A stretch of DNA of 63,954 nucleotides, the filler included, from an uncultured Acidimicrobiia bacterium (GTDB taxonomy: Bacteria; Actinomycetota; Acidimicrobiia; Spongiisociales; JAOTWH01): the NCBI GenBank assembly GCA_964347285.1. It is 3 parts of 3 records of this genome, joined end to end, with 100 filler letters (N's around TTAATTAATTAA, not from the genome) between each part and the next. Parts side by side here need not be neighbours in the genome. Positions count along the whole stretch, not along the records: positions 30,061 to 59,776 come from CAYFYE010000019.1; positions 59,877 to 63,954 come from CAYFYE010000147.1; 1 more part is not named here. The stretch is one strand, 5' to 3'. Numbering within the stretch: the stretch's first letter is position 1; each line of letters starts with the position of its first letter. Shown one piece after another: positions 57,907-63,954 of this stretch. The notes beneath the pieces are model-generated. The model was not told the origin of the DNA, made no database searches, and saw only the letters and a program-made list of their open reading frames with translations. Position numbers and translations under genes: made by a program.

Positions 57907-58731
57907 ATGCGCAGGATTGCGGGATTGCTGGTGGCCCTCACGATGGTCGCCGCCGCCTGCGGCTCGGACGAGGGGGCCGGATCCTTGGTCTTGCCGTTCT
58001 CCGAAGTGCAGGCCACCGACTTCGTCTTCGAGAACGATCCCTCCTTTCCCGATCGGGGCATCTTCCGGGTGATCACCACCGAGCCGATGATCTGCGCCAT
58101 CGTCTGGGGCGAGACCGAGGCGCTCGGCAACTTCAACAACTCACTGGACATGAACGGCACCGGCATCGCCGAACACAACGTGTTCCTTCCCGGGGCCGAG
58201 GCCGGGGAGACCTATTTCTTCGTAGTCCAGGGCTCTACGGCCGACGGCCGGCTGTTTCAGAGCGAGATGGACACCTTCACCCTGCCCGATCGCCCCGAGG
58301 GCGCCGCCGCTCTCCAAGACGCCGACGTCGGGCCCAACCTGGCGGAAGGGGCCGCGGTGGTCGACGTCAGCAGCGAGTTCAGCGCCACCTGGGCGGCCGC
58401 GAACGCGCTCGACGGCGATCTCGCCACCGAGTGGTCATCGGCCGGCGACGGGGACGACGCCTACCTCACGATCGATCTGGGGGCGGTGAGCGATGTGGCC
58501 GGGGTGGAGTTCGTCACGAGAACCATGGCCGACGGTTCGGCCACCGCCACCACCTACTCGGTCGTGGTGGACGATGGCCAGCGACTCGGGCCGTTTCCGG
58601 CCGGCAGTCCCGCGTCTCCCGCAGTCAACCAGGTCGACGTAGCCGGTCGAGTCTTCCGATTCGAGATCGAGTCGTCCACCGGGGGGAACACCGGGGCCGT
58701 CGAGGTGCGGGTGTTCGCCTCCGCCCCCTAG
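57907..58731 (+). CDS. Lipoprotein with F5/8 type C (discoidin) domain
   Basis: Lipobox AAAC; SSEF...W.A.NALDGD..TEW...YLTIDLG. Confidence 0.75.
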   Translation: MRRIAGLLVALTMVAAACGSDEGAGSLVLPFSEVQATDFVFENDPSFPDRGIFRVITTEPMICAIVWGETEALGNFNNSLDMNGTGIAEHNVFLPGAEAGETYFFVVQGSTADGRLFQSEMDTFTLPDRPEGAAALQDADVGPNLAEGAAVVDVSSEFSATWAAANALDGDLATEWSSAGDGDDAYLTIDLGAVSDVAGVEFVTRTMADGSATATTYSVVVDDGQRLGPFPAGSPASPAVNQVDVAGRVFRFEIESSTGGNTGAVEVRVFASAP

Positions 58732-58736
58732 CGCCC

Positions 58737-59776
58737 TCAGCCACTGGCGGCTACCACCGCCTCGAGCCGCCTGGCCATGACTCCGACCAACGGCAGCAAA
58801 GCCACACAGATCAGCCCGGCAACGGCCAGCTCTCCCCACACGTCGCCGAGGGCGGCGTCCTTGACGGCGATCTCGAACATCGGCTCGAGGAAGTAGTAGG
58901 TGGGCCCCAGCTTGGCGATCCATTGGGGCAGTCCGGGCCAGATGTAGAAGATCACCGGGAAGATCAGCAGGATGGCCCCGCTCTTCCAGGCGGCGAACAG
59001 GGTGTTGGCGTCCTTGGCCCAGGCGCCGAGCATGAGCCCGAACTCGGCCATCATCACGGCCGCCACCACGAGCACCAATGTCAGAGCTAGCGGGCTGGGC
59101 CCGAAGGCGTTGTTGAGTGCGAGCGTGACGATGCCGGTGAGGACGGCAAGCACGATGCCGACGCCCGCCTTGGCGGCGAGCACGTCGTGGATCGTCGATG
59201 GGGTCACCAGGAGGGCGTTGATCGTGCCTCGCTCTTTCTCGTCGACCAGGGCGGCGGCCGGGACCATGCCACCGGCGATGGCCACCGCCATGACCACCAG
59301 CATCGGCAGCAATCGGGAGGCGATGTCGACGGCTTCGGCGTCTCCGACGATCACGACGTCGACCTCCACCGGTGCCGGCTCGCCGGCGACTCGGCGGATC
59401 AGGTCCAGCGTGGTCACCGAGAGGATGATTCGGTTGGAGGCAAGGCTCTCGCCACCGATGTAGAACTGGAGGAGTGGTTGCTCACCGGCACGCAACGCCT
59501 CGTCGAAGCCATCCTGGAGAATGAGGCCGGCGTCGAGGTCGTTGCTCTCGACCATTTCCCTGAGGCGCTGGGCCGACGACACCTCGGTCACCGAGATGCC
59601 GTCGAGGTTGTGGGCGGCGCTCGTGATCGCCGACCCATCTTCGTCGACGATGCCGAGCCGAGGCGAGGGGGCGAACAGTGAGCCGAAGACTCCGTTCACG
59701 ATGACGGTGAGGATTACGGGCAGGACGATCGCATACAGCAAGATGGGCGACCGGGGACCCATCCGGATCTCTTTGC
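58737..59776 (-). CDS. ABC-2 type permease (5' truncated by gap)
   Basis: LVDEKERGTINALLVTP, multi-TM. Confidence 0.85.
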
Positions 59777-59876
59777 NNNNNNNNNNNNNNNNNNNNNNNN
59801 NNNNNNNNNNNNNNNNNNNNTTAATTAATTAANNNNNNNNNNNNNNNNNNNNNNNNNNNNNNNNNNNNNNNNNNNN
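59777..59876. other. Artificial contig linker
   Basis: N run with TTAATTAATTAA at 59821-59832. Confidence 0.95.
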
Positions 59877-60300
59877 CCATGAACGCCGTGAAGACGACCA
59901 CCGCCACCTTGCGAGAGGCGGCCCGGCGGGCGGGATTGCGGTCGATGTAGGGGAGGACCACCAGCCCGATGATGATCCCGGTGGGAACGAACACTCCGGC
60001 CACCACCGGGTGGAAGTGGGCGAGCAGTTCCTGGAGGCCGATGAAATACCAGGGCGCCTTTTCGGGATTGGGGGTCTCGTTGGGGTTGGCGATCTCTTGC
60101 AGCGGAGCGTCGAAGAAGAGCGAGACGACCAGCACGAGCAGGAGGACGGCGATTGTGGCCACGGCGTGACGGACCAGTAGATGGGGCCACACCATGACCA
60201 GCTGCTGTTCCTCGGGCACCTTGCGCTCGCCGGCGGCCGGTTCGCCGGGTACCACTCCGAGCACCCGCTTTCCCTCGACGAGGCGAGGCTCACTGTCCAT
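59877..60300 (-). CDS. Cytochrome b C-terminal / subunit IV (PetD-like), 3' truncated
   Basis: WPHL, APL...ANP..TPNPEKAPWYFIGLQELL, LPYIDR. Confidence 0.85.
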
Positions 60301-61018
60301 CAGCGCCCCCGCCGTCGAGCATGGCGTCCTTTCGCCACCTCCACAGATGCACCGCCACCAGCACCACCGCCAGGGTGGGCAGCACCGCGACGTGGAGGAC
60401 GTAGAACCGGAGCACGGTGGCGCTCCCGATTTCTGATCCGCCGAGGAGGGTCTGCTGGGTCTGCTCGCCGATGAAGGGAACGAAGGCGGCGATGGAAGTC
60501 CCCACCGTCACCGCCCAGTACGCCAGCTGGTCCCAAGGCAACAGGTAGCCGGTAAACGACAGCAGCAGCGTGAGGAAGAGGAGGACGACCCCGATCACCC
60601 AGTTGAACTCACGGGGCGACTTGTAGGCCCCTCGATAGAAGACCCGGGCCATGTGGGCGGCCACCGCGATCACCATCAGGTGAGCCGCCCAGCGGTGGGT
60701 GTTGCGAATGAACTGCCCGAACCCCACCTCGGTCTGCAAGGTCTGCATGTCGCTATAGGCGGTGGTGGGGGAGGGCACGTAGAAGAACATCAGGTAGATG
60801 CCCGAAACGATCAGCGACACGAAGAGGGTCACCGAGGCCACTCCAAGGAACCAGGAGTAGCGGAAGGTGATCTCCTCGCGGCGAACCTTCACCGGGTAGA
60901 TGTGCAGAAAGAAGTTGGCCCAGTGGGCGGCGGCTCGATCGCGAGCGGTGTCGCGGTCCGGAACGCGAAAGACCGACTTCCAGGCGTTCGACTCACGGAC
61001 GCGATCACCGAGCTTCAT
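60290..61018 (-). CDS. Split cytochrome b (b6-like N-terminal chain)
   Basis: YVPS...AY, RNTHRWAAH...H, REFNWVIG, TGYLLPWDQ.AYWA, RFYVLH-14aa-H. Confidence 0.92.
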   Translation of the reverse strand: MKLGDRVRESNAWKSVFRVPDRDTARDRAAAHWANFFLHIYPVKVRREEITFRYSWFLGVASVTLFVSLIVSGIYLMFFYVPSPTTAYSDMQTLQTEVGFGQFIRNTHRWAAHLMVIAVAAHMARVFYRGAYKSPREFNWVIGVVLLFLTLLLSFTGYLLPWDQLAYWAVTVGTSIAAFVPFIGEQTQQTLLGGSEIGSATVLRFYVLHVAVLPTLAVVLVAVHLWRWRKDAMLDGGGADGQ

Positions 61019-62814
61019 CCGACCGAACCTGCCGTCACCGGCACACCCACCCCCGACCATACGCCCATGACCAGGGCATCGGTCGGGCACCGTTCGATGC
61101 ACAGGGCACACCGGATGCACTTGGTCTCGTCGAGGAGCAGGGCCGTACCCGATTCTCCGCTGCCCAACTCGGCCGCGGGAACCAGCGAGATGAGATCGAG
61201 CGGGCACACGTCGGAGCACAAGCCGCACAACACGCACTTGTCGGTCTCGAGGAGGATGTTGGCGAAGCAGCGGAGACAGCGTTTGGCCTCGCAGCGGGCC
61301 AGCTCCTCGCTGAAACCGATTTCGACCTCGCTGAGGCCGACCCGCCGCTCGCTGGGAAGGGCGGGAATGGGGAGCCGATCGAAGCTGTCGTAGTCGTCGT
61401 CGAAGCGGTGGAATTGGTCCAGGACCACCATCTGGCCGGGGGGCTCGGCCTCGGCGGCTTCGCCGCCGAGGGCGGTGTGGATACGGGCGGCGGCCTGCCT
61501 ACCGTCGGCGATGGCGTCGATGAGATTGCGGGGCCCTTTGGCGGCGTCGCCTCCGGCCCACACGAGGGGCAAGCTGGTGGCGAGGGTGTTGGGGTCGATC
61601 TCGATCGTTTGGCGGCTCGAAATGGCCGGTCCGTTGGGGCCCAGGGCCTCGACATCGACGGCCTGCCCGATGGCCAGAATGACGGTGTCGGCCCCGATCG
61701 TCTGGTGGTCGTCGGTGTCGAAGACGGGGGCAAAGCGTCCCTCCTCGTCGAACACCGACACGACCCCGATCGTGTCGACCCCGGTGGCGGTGCCGTTGTC
61801 CACGGTGATCGAGGCCGGTCCGCGCCGGTGCACGAATCTGATGCCCTCGATGGCGGCTTCTTCCAGCTCGTACTCGGCGGCCGGCATCTCCTCCTGTGAC
61901 TCCAGGGCGACCACGGTCACCTCCCGGGCTCCGGCCCGTACGGCGGACCGGGCGGCGTCTACGGCCTCGGTGATGCTCGACATCTCATCGGCTTCCTCGT
62001 AGCGCTCGGCCAACTCCCGGCCCTCGTAGGCGGCGGCCCGCAGTGCGGTCCGGGCCGCGTCCATGGCCACATTGCCGCCCCCGATCACCACGACCCGCTC
62101 CCCGACCTCGACCTGGAATCCCAGGTTGATGTTGAGAAGGAACTCGATGGCGCGAAACACGCCGTCGGCTTCGTGGCCTTCGATGTCGAGTCCCCTCCCC
62201 AGGGAGGCTCCGATGGCCAGGAAGATCGCATCGTGGCGGTCGCGTAGTTCGTCGAGGGTCACGTCCCTTCCCAGCGCGGTCTCCACCCGAACGTCGACGC
62301 CCATGTCCACGATGGCCTGGATCTCGGAGCGGAGGAGGCTGCGGTCGAGACGGTACTCCGGTATGCCGAGCAGCATCATGCCTCCTAGCTCCCGGGTCGC
62401 CTCGTACACCGTGACCCGGTATCCCATGAGGCGCAGATCGTGGGCGGCGGCCAGCCCGGCCGGCCCCCCTCCGACCACCCCGACGCTGGCGAGGCGCTCG
62501 ACGGGAGGAGGCGCCCCCACCTCGTGCCATCGGCTGTCGGGACCCGCCTCGGCGCCGTACTGCTCGGTCACGAAACGCTTCAGGGCCCGTATGGCAATCG
62601 GCTTGTCGACGGCTCCCCGGCGGCAGGCATCCTCACACGGGGCGGCGCACACCCGGCCGCACACGGAGGCAAACGGATTGGGGAGGCGGGCGGTCAGATA
62701 GGCGGTGAGGTCGTCGCCGTCGGCGATGGCGGCCACATACATTCCGGCGTTGGTGTGAACCGGGCACGCCGCCAGGCAGGGAATGTTGCGGTCGTAGTAG
62801 TGCAGCTCGTCCAT
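61015..62814 (-). CDS. GltD/NfnB-like NAD(P)H:flavin Fe-S oxidoreductase with C-terminal 2[4Fe-4S] ferredoxin domain
   Basis: PC..ACP, CGRVC..PCE..C, GGGPAG, GIPEYRL, GGGNVAMD, EAKRCLRC, CVLCGLC...CP, CIRCALC...CP. Confidence 0.88.
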   Translation of the reverse strand: MDELHYYDRNIPCLAACPVHTNAGMYVAAIADGDDLTAYLTARLPNPFASVCGRVCAAPCEDACRRGAVDKPIAIRALKRFVTEQYGAEAGPDSRWHEVGAPPPVERLASVGVVGGGPAGLAAAHDLRLMGYRVTVYEATRELGGMMLLGIPEYRLDRSLLRSEIQAIVDMGVDVRVETALGRDVTLDELRDRHDAIFLAIGASLGRGLDIEGHEADGVFRAIEFLLNINLGFQVEVGERVVVIGGGNVAMDAARTALRAAAYEGRELAERYEEADEMSSITEAVDAARSAVRAGAREVTVVALESQEEMPAAEYELEEAAIEGIRFVHRRGPASITVDNGTATGVDTIGVVSVFDEEGRFAPVFDTDDHQTIGADTVILAIGQAVDVEALGPNGPAISSRQTIEIDPNTLATSLPLVWAGGDAAKGPRNLIDAIADGRQAAARIHTALGGEAAEAEPPGQMVVLDQFHRFDDDYDSFDRLPIPALPSERRVGLSEVEIGFSEELARCEAKRCLRCFANILLETDKCVLCGLCSDVCPLDLISLVPAAELGSGESGTALLLDETKCIRCALCIERCPTDALVMGVWSGVGVPVTAGSVG

Positions 62815-62922
62815 CAACAGCGCTGTTCGCCTGCACGCTACTCGGTGATGAGCCGATCCCGGCCGCTGCCGGCAAATACTGGTGCGACGGGTGCGCCAAC
62901 AATAGGGTCGGACGATCGCCGC

Positions 62923-63369
62923 TCAGCCGGCCTCCTCGAGGGCTTCCTGCAACGCCACCCACGGCAGGTCGGCGCATTTGATCCGCACCGGGAACTTGCG
63001 CACGCCCTGGAGTGCCTCCAGGTCGCCCAGGGTGGACCCGGGGCGGGACTCGTCGACGCCACTGTCACCCTCCTCGATCGTCATCATCGCCTTGAACCGA
63101 TGGGTGAGGTCGTTGATCTGCCCCAGGCTCTTGCCGATGATCGCCTCCGTCATCATCGATGCCGAGGCCTGGCTGATCGAGCAACCGGTGCCGGAGAAGG
63201 CAGCGTCGGCTACCCCCTCGGCATCCAAGCGGAGCGTGAGCGTGATCTCATCACCGCACAGGGGGTTCTGTCCCTCGGCCCGGGCGTCGGGGTCGGACAG
63301 CTCGCCGCGGTGGCGCGGGTTGCGGTAGTGGTCGAGGATGACCTCCCGGTACAGATCCTCAACCGACAC
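62923..63369 (-). CDS. sufU: SUF system Fe-S assembly protein SufU
   Basis: LYREVILDHYRNPR, NPLCGD, GCSISQAS, RIKCA.L.W. Confidence 0.94.
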   Translation of the reverse strand: MSVEDLYREVILDHYRNPRHRGELSDPDARAEGQNPLCGDEITLTLRLDAEGVADAAFSGTGCSISQASASMMTEAIIGKSLGQINDLTHRFKAMMTIEEGDSGVDESRPGSTLGDLEALQGVRKFPVRIKCADLPWVALQEALEEAG

Positions 63370-63954
63370 CGAAGACGCTCCGGGCCCGCTCCAGCGCCGA
63401 CACCAGGCGGTCGGCATCCTCGAGCGAGTTGTAAACGTAGAAGGAGGCCCGGGCGGTGGCGGCCACCCCCAGGATGCGCATGAGCGGCTTGGCGCAGTGG
63501 TGTCCGGCCCGCACCGCAACTCCTTGCTCGTCCAAGATCGTCGCCAGGTCGTGGGGGTGGATGTCGGCGAGGGTGAAGCTGATGGTTCCGCCGCGCACCG
63601 CCGGGTCGGCTGGGCCGTAGATCCTCAGCTCGGGAATGGCCCCCAGCAGCTCGAGGGCGTAGCTGGTGATCTCGATCTCGTGGCGGCGGACCTCTTCCAT
63701 CCCGATCTCGGCGAGGTAGTCGACCGCGGCCCCGAAGCCGATGGCTTCGGCGATCGGCGGCGTGCCCGCTTCGAACTTGTGGGGCACCGGGGCCCACTTC
63801 GACTCATGGAGGTGGACATCGCTGATCATCTCCCCGCCGCCCTCGGCGGGCTCCATCTCCTCGAGGAGCTCGGCCCGACCCCACAGCACGCCGATGCCGG
63901 TCGGCCCCAGCATCTTGTGGGCGCCGAAGGCGAGGAAATCGGCCCCCAGCTCCT
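63359..63954 (-). CDS. sufS: Cysteine desulfurase SufS (5' outside window)
   Basis: HKMLGPTGIG, FEAGTP, HPHD, RAGHHCA.P, RASFYVYN. Confidence 0.95.
   Translation of the reverse strand, partial: ELGADFLAFGAHKMLGPTGIGVLWGRAELLEEMEPAEGGGEMISDVHLHESKWAPVPHKFEAGTPPIAEAIGFGAAVDYLAEIGMEEVRRHEIEITSYALELLGAIPELRIYGPADPAVRGGTISFTLADIHPHDLATILDEQGVAVRAGHHCAKPLMRILGVAATARASFYVYNSLEDADRLVSALERARSVFGVG

Noticed and set aside
61015..62814. Flavoprotein as the missing GltD partner of gltB
   Set aside because: Lies on a different contig, has an extra ferredoxin domain and is coupled to cytochrome b; proximity is an artefact of concatenation

Overview
High-GC actinobacterial sequence (WhiB, SigK/RskA, class F sortase, PAC2, actinobacterial LexA box; probably Acidimicrobiia, which is an inference). 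It is an assembly of at least three contigs joined by N/TTAATTAATTAA spacers at ~29961-30060 and ~59777-59876, plus a scaffold gap at 2931-3030, so adjacency across these points is not biological. The window is mostly housekeeping and metabolic: rnpB, pyr operon, ccmABCDE, an osmoprotectant ABC transporter, acetoin dehydrogenase (acoXABC), gltB, an amino-acid ABC transporter and sufSU. Highlights: (1) a hidden UxxC thioredoxin-fold lipoprotein with an in-frame UGA and a well-placed SECIS-like hairpin (probable selenoprotein); (2) a pyr operon whose DHOase and ATCase closely resemble the eukaryotic CAD domains, followed by an OMPDC-OPRT fusion and preceded by a candidate leader-peptide attenuator; (3) a GltD/NfnB-like Fe-S flavoprotein translationally coupled to a split b6-type cytochrome b; (4) a SigK-type promoter driving a DUF4397 protein/class F sortase pair, with both sigK and rskA frameshifted; (5) a palindromic repeat family flanking the aco operon on both sides.
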